A stretch of DNA of 64,000 nt from positions 1,952,001-2,016,000 of the forward strand of contig CAVXXK010000001.1 in NCBI GenBank assembly GCA_963765675.1, given 5' to 3'. The notes below the pieces were generated by a model. It worked only from the letters and a program-made list of their open reading frames with translations. It was not told where the DNA came from and did no database searches. A program made the position numbers and the translations under genes. Positions 37,689 to 45,587 of the stretch are shown here, one piece after another (the first letter of the stretch is position 1; each line of letters begins with the position of its first letter). This stretch comes from an uncultured delta proteobacterium. Its GTDB lineage: Bacteria > Desulfobacterota > Binatia > Binatales > Binataceae.

Positions 37689-38132
37689 GTGGATATTGAG
37701 CAAAAGCAGAAATTGGCGGCACTGCTGGGGCAGGAACACGTTGCAGTGATCATCACGCAAGGCGGTGAGTGGCCAACTGCGACTCTGCAAGCATTTGCGG
37801 AGACCGATGTCCCGGACCTGCTCTTTATCATGGCCGGTGAGGCGGATAAGTTTCAGAATCTGATCCGCAATCCCAACGTGACCGTGCTGGTCGACAATCG
37901 CGACGTTGGCAATGTCGCGACATTTCAGGTTGCTCGAGTCTCGATCCAGGGAATCGCGCAGGAGGTTGCAAGGGATGGCCCGGAATGGGAGCCGCTCAAG
38001 GCGATTTTCCTGAAGAAGAATCCCTTCGAAGCTCCGTTTTTCGGGAGCGAGAAGTTGCGGATGGTGCGAGTGAAGATCAGGCGCATCTCATATGCCGGCG
38101 CCGCACGGGACGTGTTCAAGGCGGAGTTGTGA
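37689..38132 (+). CDS. Pyridoxamine 5'-phosphate oxidase-like split-barrel protein
   Basis: KFQNLIRNPNVTVLVD, VSIQGIA. Confidence 0.75.
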   Translation: MDIEQKQKLAALLGQEHVAVIITQGGEWPTATLQAFAETDVPDLLFIMAGEADKFQNLIRNPNVTVLVDNRDVGNVATFQVARVSIQGIAQEVARDGPEWEPLKAIFLKKNPFEAPFFGSEKLRMVRVKIRRISYAGAARDVFKAEL

Positions 38133-38137
38133 GCGCC

Positions 38138-39130
38138 TCATGCGATCGTGAGCATCGATGCTGTCCGGGCGCGTGCTTGATCATATTCTTCCCGCGTCTG
38201 ATCGATGAGTTCGGCGGCGCTCTGAATTCCCATGACACCGGAAATTGAATGGCCCGCGCTCCAGATATCACGATAGCGGCGGGGCCCCGGAAAATCACCC
38301 TTGCTGCTGAAGTTCCGCGCGGCTTCTTCGACTGATACGCGCGGCGGCAAAGTTGCGGGGTCAAGTCCCGCGGCAAGCATCGACGGCTTCAGCATATTCG
38401 TGTCGAGTCCCGTGAACGCCTGCGTGAGCATTACGTCATCCATATCGGAATCGACCAGCATCTGCTTGTACGCCGGCGCGGCCAGGCTCTCGTGCGTGGC
38501 GATGAACTTGGTTCCCATGTACGCGAGGTCGCAGCCCATCACCTCGGCAGCCCAAAGCAGGTTGCCGTCCGATATTCCACCGGCCAGAACGATCGGGCCG
38601 CTGAACATCTGACGTGTCGCGCGCACAAACGCGAGCGGATTGAGCCATCCGGTCTGGCCGCCAGCGCCCGCAGTCAGGAGGATCAATCCGTCCACGCCCG
38701 CGGCGATCGCCCGTTCGGCATGATGAAGCGTCGCGACGTCGCAGAAGACCTGGCATCCGGAATCGTGCAGCGGCCCAATAGCTTCGGCCGGCGAACCGAC
38801 GCTGGTGATCACTAGCTCGACCCGATGCCTGACCAGCGCCGCCAACTCTGAGCGCATCTCGGCGCGTTTGATGATCAGGTTCGCGCAGAATGGAGCGGAC
38901 GGGTGCTCGGGATTCTCGTCGGCCGCCCGAGCGAGAGCAGTTTCGATCTGCGAGAGCCACGTTTCCACGCCCTCGGGCGATCGAGCATTGGCAAGGGGAA
39001 ACGCACCGATCACTCCTGCCTTGCAGGCCGCTATCACGAGTTCCGGCCCCGATACTGCGAGCATCGGCGCCGCGATTAGCGGAAGCGTGAGTCGCTTGGC
39101 GATTTTCTCAGGGATGCGATTCGATAGCAT
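38138..39130 (-). CDS. Nitronate monooxygenase / FabK-like FMN oxidoreductase
   Basis: PLIAAPM, GAGGQTG, LAGGI, YMGTKFIAT, WSAGHS. Confidence 0.88.
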   Translation of the reverse strand: MLSNRIPEKIAKRLTLPLIAAPMLAVSGPELVIAACKAGVIGAFPLANARSPEGVETWLSQIETALARAADENPEHPSAPFCANLIIKRAEMRSELAALVRHRVELVITSVGSPAEAIGPLHDSGCQVFCDVATLHHAERAIAAGVDGLILLTAGAGGQTGWLNPLAFVRATRQMFSGPIVLAGGISDGNLLWAAEVMGCDLAYMGTKFIATHESLAAPAYKQMLVDSDMDDVMLTQAFTGLDTNMLKPSMLAAGLDPATLPPRVSVEEAARNFSSKGDFPGPRRYRDIWSAGHSISGVMGIQSAAELIDQTREEYDQARARTASMLTIA

Positions 39131-39133
39131 CGC

Positions 39134-40285
39134 TCAGGCGTCCTTCTGCAAAATGTGCACGACGCACACCGCGCCGACGCCGACCATGTGCGCGAGGCCG
39201 ATTTTTGCGCCGGGTTGCTGGCGCACTCCTGCTTCGCCCCGAAGCTGGCGCGTGATCTCCGCGATTTGCCCTGCGCCGGTCGGACCAATCGGATGCCCCA
39301 TCGCGATCAAGCCTCCGGACGCGCTGATTGCACACCTGCCTCCTATATCGGCGGCTCCGCTGCCGATCATCGCCGCGCCTTCGCCCTCGCCACACAGGCC
39401 CATCGCCTCGACATACAGCAACTCTTCGATCGTGAACGCATCGTGCAGCTCAACCAGGTCGAGATCTTTGGCGCCTACACCGGCTTCCGTGTACGCCTGC
39501 GCGACAGTCTCACGGGTTAATTCCGCATCATTATTTTTCGCGTCGCGATAAACGCGCTCGCTGCGAGAGACCGACGCTATCACCCGAACTGCGCGAGCTC
39601 GATTTATTTTCAGCTTCTCGATCGCGTCATCGGATGCGACGATTATCGCCGCGGCGCCTTCTCCGACCGGGCAGCATTGCAACCGCGTAAGCGTGCCGGA
39701 GATCGCGGGGCCGGCCATCACTTCTTCAAGGGTTACCGCGCGCTGCCGCTGCGCGAAAGGATTGTTGGCGCCGTTGCGATTATTCTTGACCGCAACCTGC
39801 GCGACCTGTTCAGCACTGACCCCGTAACGGTTCATATACTCGTTGGCCAGAAGGGCGAAGTGAGTAAACGGCACGACTCGCGCTCCGACCAGATCGCGAA
39901 TCCTGGTCTTGCTCGGCGCACTGTTCACCATCGCCGGTTTATCCACTCCGATAGCAAGCGCCACATCGCTGATGCCGCTCGCAACGTCAAGGCAGGCTTG
40001 ACGAAACGCGGTCGAGCCTGAGGCCGATGCGTTCTCGACCTGCGCCATCGCGATTCCGGTCGCGCCCAGATGACGAAGCATCGGGCGTGACGCCGCCATT
40101 CCGACCAGCGCGGTGCCTGTATATGCCGAATCAACTGCGGGCCATTCGATACCGGCGTCATCCAATGCCGCGCGTACGGCAGTGAGGCCGAGCGTGACGT
40201 AGGTCGTGTCGCTCAGATGCTGGTATTTGTGAAGTCCAATTCCAACCACACGGACGGGTCGCAATTCACGCAGGGTCTTTTTCAC
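39134..40285 (-). CDS. SCP2-type thiolase-family protein lacking the nucleophilic Cys
   Basis: VENASASG (canonical NAC), ELHDAF, GHPIGPTG. Confidence 0.88.
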   Translation of the reverse strand: MKKTLRELRPVRVVGIGLHKYQHLSDTTYVTLGLTAVRAALDDAGIEWPAVDSAYTGTALVGMAASRPMLRHLGATGIAMAQVENASASGSTAFRQACLDVASGISDVALAIGVDKPAMVNSAPSKTRIRDLVGARVVPFTHFALLANEYMNRYGVSAEQVAQVAVKNNRNGANNPFAQRQRAVTLEEVMAGPAISGTLTRLQCCPVGEGAAAIIVASDDAIEKLKINRARAVRVIASVSRSERVYRDAKNNDAELTRETVAQAYTEAGVGAKDLDLVELHDAFTIEELLYVEAMGLCGEGEGAAMIGSGAADIGGRCAISASGGLIAMGHPIGPTGAGQIAEITRQLRGEAGVRQQPGAKIGLAHMVGVGAVCVVHILQKDA

Positions 40286-40704
40286 TTGCCTAACTCCCCC
40301 GGAGTGAAGCGAAGCTCGTTCGCGCCGGCGCCTCCGTCGTCAGAGGACGCCTTAAAAATCGTAGCGTGCATCCGATCACCGATCTTGAGTCCGGCGTCCG
40401 TCTTCTGGGTCAGGATCGCGCGCACTGCCGGTCCGTCGTCGAGCAGGATTACGCCGACAGTGAATGGCGCTTCGATCCCTTTGCCGGGATGAAGATGAAC
40501 CGTCGCGAACGATCTCAATGTACCCTCGCCTTTCAGCGCGAGGGGATGGAGCTCGTCACCGGACGCTCCGCAGATCTCGCATCCGTAGGATTGCGGAGGA
40601 AAAAAAACATAGCCGCAGGCGCGGCAGCGTCCGCCGTTGAGTGTTGGAGTTTCACCGGGCGATGCGGTGTAGAGTTCGGATGACGAAGCGATAGTTTCGG
40701 GCAT
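40282..40704 (-). CDS. DUF35 Zn-ribbon/OB-fold protein
   Basis: CRACG..FFPP..CEICG, GTLRSFATV; overlaps the thiolase start. Confidence 0.88.
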   Translation of the reverse strand: MPETIASSSELYTASPGETPTLNGGRCRACGYVFFPPQSYGCEICGASGDELHPLALKGEGTLRSFATVHLHPGKGIEAPFTVGVILLDDGPAVRAILTQKTDAGLKIGDRMHATIFKASSDDGGAGANELRFTPGELGK

Positions 40705-40742
40705 CGGGCGTCTCCAGCGGGCGTTGATTTGCGGACCATACG

Positions 40743-40771
40743 ATATTTCTTGCTAATCAGTCAACAAATAT
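40743..40771. promoter_or_regulatory. Imperfect inverted repeat, likely TetR operator over divergent promoters
   Basis: ATATTTcTTGctaatcagtCAAcAAATAT; contains - strand TTGACT with TATGGT 18 nt downstream. Confidence 0.6.
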
Positions 40772-41429
40772 GTTACGGTCGCCCGAGATGAACGCCCAAC
40801 GCAATACGCAAGCGCCCATCCGGCGCACCCAGCGCGAGCGTCGGCAACTCTCGCACAGCAGGATGCTCGCGGCGGCGGCCAAACTGATCGCGCGCCAGGG
40901 CAGCAGCCGCACGACGCTCAGCCAGATCGGAGAGACCTCGGGCTACACGCACGGCCTCGTCAGTCATCGCTTTGGATCAAAGGGAAAGCTCATCGCGACG
41001 CTGGTCCGGCAGCTGCAACGCGATTTTGCCGAGTCGCTTGTGCCGGTGCTTGGTGAAAAGAGCGGGATCGAGGCGCTGAAGTTGGCGTGCGAGAGGTACT
41101 TGCGCGCGGCGACATCGGTCGAGCGGATGGCGATCTATGTCTTGATTGGAGAAGCGCTTGGCCCAGTTCCGGAAATCAAACCCGATCTTGCGGATGCCGA
41201 CGGATATTTCCGCGCCTCGATCCAGCATCGAATCGAGGAAGGAATCCGATCAGGTGAAATCAGGCGCGAGGTGGATTCGGCGGCGCAGGCTGCGATGCTG
41301 GTCGGCACGCTGCGCGGCCTGGTAATTCAGAATCTGCTTAAACCGGGTGCTTTCAATCTGGGCGCGGTCTGCCGCGAGCTGAACTGCAATCTCGAGCTGA
41401 CGTTGGCGCAGAAACGGAGGCGTGCCTGA
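40770..41429 (+). CDS. TetR/AcrR family regulator (start may be 40788)
   Basis: RMLAAAAKLIARQG...TLSQIG...GLVSHRFGSK. Confidence 0.92.
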   Translation: MLRSPEMNAQRNTQAPIRRTQRERRQLSHSRMLAAAAKLIARQGSSRTTLSQIGETSGYTHGLVSHRFGSKGKLIATLVRQLQRDFAESLVPVLGEKSGIEALKLACERYLRAATSVERMAIYVLIGEALGPVPEIKPDLADADGYFRASIQHRIEEGIRSGEIRREVDSAAQAAMLVGTLRGLVIQNLLKPGAFNLGAVCRELNCNLELTLAQKRRRA

Positions 41430-42658
41430 TGCTGCGTGACGTGCGCGTGCTCGAGCTCTCCGCGCCTGAGACGATGCTGGCGGGAAGTATCCTCGCCGAC
41501 CTTGGCGCCGACGTCGTTGTGATCGAGCCGCCGGGCGGAGCTCCCGGACGCCGGCTGGAGCCATTTTTGGATGAGGTTCCAGGAATCGAGCGAAGTCTGA
41601 CGTGGCATGCGCTCAATCGGAACAAACGCGCAATCACCCTCGATCTGAAAAGTAATGACGGGCGCAGCCTATTCACCGCTCTCGCTGAAAGATTCGATAT
41701 CGTTCTCGAGTCGGCGGGAGATGGCGGCCGCGCACCGCTCGACGACCTCGCGCTCAGTGCGAAAACTATTCGATGCACAGTAAGCGCGTTTGCGCGATCC
41801 GGACCGAAGAGTGAGTATTCGGCTTCCGATCTATTGGTGATGGCGTCTACCGGGACGCCTGCGATGACCGGTGATCCAGATCGGCCGCCGCTCTTCTACA
41901 GCGTTCCTCAGTCGATCATGGAAGCAGGGGCGGAGACTGCGATCGCGGCGCTCGCCTGCCTGCTGGCGCGTGATCGCGATGGCGCTGGACAGCATGCGGA
42001 GATTTCCGCGCGGATCGCCGCGATGATGAGTGCGCTCAGCGTGCCGCTTGCGGTCGGCGCCGGAAATCCGGAGTTGACGCGCTCGGGCGCGGCTGGCTTG
42101 TCGCCCGACGCGCGGATTCCGAGCATCTACGAATGCGCCGATGGCTACATGATCGTCACGGTCCCCGCGTTTGGTCCTTCGTTCGGGCCGATGACGCAGC
42201 GCTTGGCGAAATGGGCGGCGGAAGAGGGGCATCTTTCCAAGGAAATTGCGGAGGTGAACTGGATTACCTTTCTTGCCGATGTCCGCAAGAAAACCGCTTC
42301 ACTTGATCAGCTTCGCGCGCTGGTGATCGGCGTGACGTCGCTCTGCCGGAACAAGACCAAAGCGGAGCTCGGCGCGGCCGCGCGAAAACTCGGGCTGCTC
42401 GCAGCCCCGGTGATGGATATGAAAGACGTCGCCGAGTCGGAGCAGTATCGCGAACGAGGCTTGTGGACGCCGGTGAAGATTGGACCCGACGGACGCGAGA
42501 TCGATGCCCCCGCGCGGTTTGCGCAATTCTCGAATTTTTCGATCGAAACCAGAAGAGCCGCGCCCGCACTCTCTGAGCATACTGCCGAGGTTTTGAAGCT
42601 CGAAGCTGGAATCTCCTCGACCGAACTGCAATCGCTGTTCGTTCACGGGATCATCTAG
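41429..42658 (+). CDS. CaiB/BaiF CoA transferase subunit (BbsE-like, apparently lacking the catalytic Asp)
   Basis: VRVLEL, LADLGADVV, LNRNKR; QSIMEAG where xxD is expected. Confidence 0.85.
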   Translation: MLRDVRVLELSAPETMLAGSILADLGADVVVIEPPGGAPGRRLEPFLDEVPGIERSLTWHALNRNKRAITLDLKSNDGRSLFTALAERFDIVLESAGDGGRAPLDDLALSAKTIRCTVSAFARSGPKSEYSASDLLVMASTGTPAMTGDPDRPPLFYSVPQSIMEAGAETAIAALACLLARDRDGAGQHAEISARIAAMMSALSVPLAVGAGNPELTRSGAAGLSPDARIPSIYECADGYMIVTVPAFGPSFGPMTQRLAKWAAEEGHLSKEIAEVNWITFLADVRKKTASLDQLRALVIGVTSLCRNKTKAELGAAARKLGLLAAPVMDMKDVAESEQYRERGLWTPVKIGPDGREIDAPARFAQFSNFSIETRRAAPALSEHTAEVLKLEAGISSTELQSLFVHGII

Positions 42659-42676
42659 GAACAGGAGCGGCATGCG

Positions 42677-43888
42677 ATGAGCTCGCCACTGGAAGGCATC
42701 CACGTTCTCGACCTCAGTTGGGTGATGGTCGGGCCGGTGAGCGGCCGCTACCTGGCCGATCTTGGCGCGGACGTTATCAAGATTGAGAGTCGAGGCAGAA
42801 TTGATCCACTTCGCACGCTCGGTCCGTTCAAAGACGGCAAACCAGGTCCGGAACGTTCGGTCAGTTACCACAACCTCAATGCCGGCAAACGAAGCGCTAC
42901 GATCAATCTCAAAGCGCCGCGCGGACGCGATATCATTCTGCGTCTCGTCGATTGGGCTGACGTAGTATTGGAAAGCTTCACGCCCGGAGTGCTCGAGAGC
43001 CTCGAGCTCGACTATGAGCATCTGCGGCAGCGCAAGGGAGACATTATAATGGTGTCGACCAGCATCCTCGGGCAGACGGGGCCCTATGCGGCGGGCACCA
43101 GTGGCGTCGGTACGATGGGCGCGGCCATGTCCGGCGCGAGTTTTTTACTTGGATGGCCCGATCGGCCTCCGTTCGGCACCTTCGGTCCGTGGACCGACGG
43201 CGTCGCTCCGCGGTTTATCGTTGCGAGCATACTTGCCGCGCTTCATCGCAAATCAATTACCGGTGAAGGTTGTTATATCGACGTCGCACAGGCCGAGGCG
43301 GGTATCCAGTTCGTATCGCCGGCGTATTACGAGTATGCGGCAAACGGCGTCGTTCCGATGCGTCGCGGAACGGCAGGGTCGCCTCTCAGATCTCCGCATG
43401 GCGTCTATCCATGCTCGGGCCTGGATCGCTGGGTGGCGATCGATGCATCTCGAAGTGAGCACTGGGAAGCACTCCGCATAGCCATTGGCGGAATACTCAC
43501 AGAATCAAGATTCGATACTCTGATTGGACGGCTCCGGAATCGAGCTAAACTTGATAGTGCCATAGCGGATTGGACACGACCGCAGGATGCCGAAGTAGTT
43601 GAACGCGAGCTCCAAAGTGCGGGAGTGCCTGCTCACGTGGTCTCTCGTGGTGGCGATTTAGTACGCGATCCTCATCTGCGCGCGGCCAATCACTTTCGCA
43701 CCATCGCCGATCCGGTCATCGGCGACGCGGAAATCGAAGGGCCGCGCTTCAGGTTGTATCGCACGCCTCATGTGACTACGCGGTCGGCGCCTCGAGTCGG
43801 AGAGCATACGGGCGAGGTGCTGCGCGGCGTTTGCAAACTAACGGATGAAGAGATTGCCGAACTCGAAAAGGCTGGTGTGCTCGCCTGA
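42677..43888 (+). CDS. CaiB/BaiF CoA transferase subunit (BbsF-like)
   Basis: VLDLSWVMVGP, LADLGADVIKIES, NAGKRS, PWTD. Confidence 0.9.
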   Translation: MSSPLEGIHVLDLSWVMVGPVSGRYLADLGADVIKIESRGRIDPLRTLGPFKDGKPGPERSVSYHNLNAGKRSATINLKAPRGRDIILRLVDWADVVLESFTPGVLESLELDYEHLRQRKGDIIMVSTSILGQTGPYAAGTSGVGTMGAAMSGASFLLGWPDRPPFGTFGPWTDGVAPRFIVASILAALHRKSITGEGCYIDVAQAEAGIQFVSPAYYEYAANGVVPMRRGTAGSPLRSPHGVYPCSGLDRWVAIDASRSEHWEALRIAIGGILTESRFDTLIGRLRNRAKLDSAIADWTRPQDAEVVERELQSAGVPAHVVSRGGDLVRDPHLRAANHFRTIADPVIGDAEIEGPRFRLYRTPHVTTRSAPRVGEHTGEVLRGVCKLTDEEIAELEKAGVLA

Positions 43889-43937
43889 CTGATTTCACAC
43901 ATCGATCGAGCTTCTACTTCAAACGGGAGGCCATCAA

Positions 43938-44729
43938 TTGGCTAATAACATTCTCGATCTAAAGGGACGAATCGGACTGGTGACTGGCGCGGGACAAGGA
44001 GTTGGCCGCGCCGTGGCGTTGCGGTTCGCGGAGAACAACGCGGGCGGTGTCGTTGTCAACGATTTCCGCCTTGAACGCGCATCAGCGGTCGCGGCGGAAG
44101 TCGAAGAGCTCGGCGTCAAGGCGTTGCCCGTTCAATGCGACGTAACTGATTTCAGTTCGGTGACGGCAATGTTCGAACAGGCAAAGGCGAAGTTCGGGTC
44201 AGTCGATATCCTTGTCAACAACGCAGGTAACGCCGGTGCCGACCCGAGTGCGGTCGCGCGCAAGCCGTTCTGGGAGCAGGAGCCAAAGGACTGGCAACCT
44301 TTTCTCGGCACCAACCTGTTCGGGGTGTTGAATTGCGTACGAATCGCCGGAGCTGAGATGATCAAGCGCGGCTACGGCAAAATCGTCACGGTAATTTCTG
44401 ACGCGGGCAGAGTCGGCGAGCCGCGCCTGGAAATTTATTCCGGCGCAAAAGCCGGAGCGGCAGGATTCATGCGGGCGGTCGCAAAGAATGCGGGCCGTTA
44501 CAATGTCACCGCAAATTGTGTCGCGCTTGGCGCGACGCGCACGCCAGCTACCGAACGCGGCATGTCCGATCCGGAAGCGCTCAAGCGGATTCTTAAGGTA
44601 TACCAGATTAAACGCATCGGCGAGCCGGAGGATGCGGCCAATATGATCCTGTTTCTCAGCTCGGATGCCTCAAGCTGGATCACCGGCCAAACCATTCCGG
44701 TCAACGGCGGTTATTCCTTCGCAGTATAA
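43938..44729 (+). CDS. SDR oxidoreductase (3-oxoacyl reductase / BadH-like)
   Basis: TGAGQGVG, NNAG, SDAGRVGE, YSGAK. Confidence 0.9.
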   Translation: MANNILDLKGRIGLVTGAGQGVGRAVALRFAENNAGGVVVNDFRLERASAVAAEVEELGVKALPVQCDVTDFSSVTAMFEQAKAKFGSVDILVNNAGNAGADPSAVARKPFWEQEPKDWQPFLGTNLFGVLNCVRIAGAEMIKRGYGKIVTVISDAGRVGEPRLEIYSGAKAGAAGFMRAVAKNAGRYNVTANCVALGATRTPATERGMSDPEALKRILKVYQIKRIGEPEDAANMILFLSSDASSWITGQTIPVNGGYSFAV

Positions 44730-44753
44730 CCTGCGATCATCAGGAGAATCCGT

Positions 44754-45575
44754 ATGAACTACGAAACAATCATTCTGGAGTGCAGGGACGGAATTGGCTA
44801 TTTGACGCTGAATCGTCCCGAGCGGGCAAATACTATCAGTTTCCAGCTCGCTCAAGAGGTCGTCCATGCGATGGAGGTAGTCGAAGCGAGCCCCGAATAC
44901 CGAGTGGTGATCATCACTGGAGCGGGCACGCGTCACTTTTGCGGAGGCGCGGATCTCCGTGATATGGCGCGTCGCGCCAGCGAGTCGCGAGCGAGTGGTG
45001 CACAGACCAAGAGCGCCGAGCGGCGAGGGCTGCCTTTAAAGGATATGTTCAGCGCCATCGAAGACTCGCGCGTTCCGGTGATCGCCGCGATCAATGGCGC
45101 CGCGATGGGAGGAGGATGCGAAATCGCGCTCGCTTGCGACATTCGCGTGATGGCTGACACGGCGACGATCGGTCTTCCTGAGATTCGTTTCGGCGCGCTT
45201 CCCGCAGGCGGAGGAACGCAGCGTCTTCCACGATTGGTTGGTCCCGGTATCGCCAAGGAAATGATTTTTAGCGGGCTTCCATGGTCGGTCGAAGACGCAT
45301 TGCGTGTCGGTCTCATCAATCGGAGTGCGCCTGCCGCCGATCTGATCAGCAACTGCGAGAAGATAGCCAAGGTCTACATCGAGCGCGCAGGTTACGCTCT
45401 CAAGGCGGCGAAGGCATTGATCAATCGAGGCGTCGAACTGCCGTTGCAAGAAGGGCTCGCGCTCGAGCGCGAGATGATCGCGCAGATGGCGACCCCCGAA
45501 GAGCGCCGAAAGGCGCAGGAGCAGGCGGCGGCCACGCAGAAAACCTATGCACGAATCTTCGGCGATCGATCTTGA
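44754..45575 (+). CDS. Enoyl-CoA hydratase/isomerase
   Basis: LNRPERAN, FCGGADL, AMGGGCEIALACD, LPEIRFG, GGTQRLPRLVG. Confidence 0.93.
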   Translation: MNYETIILECRDGIGYLTLNRPERANTISFQLAQEVVHAMEVVEASPEYRVVIITGAGTRHFCGGADLRDMARRASESRASGAQTKSAERRGLPLKDMFSAIEDSRVPVIAAINGAAMGGGCEIALACDIRVMADTATIGLPEIRFGALPAGGGTQRLPRLVGPGIAKEMIFSGLPWSVEDALRVGLINRSAPAADLISNCEKIAKVYIERAGYALKAAKALINRGVELPLQEGLALEREMIAQMATPEERRKAQEQAAATQKTYARIFGDRS

Positions 45576-45587
45576 GGGCGGTGCTGA

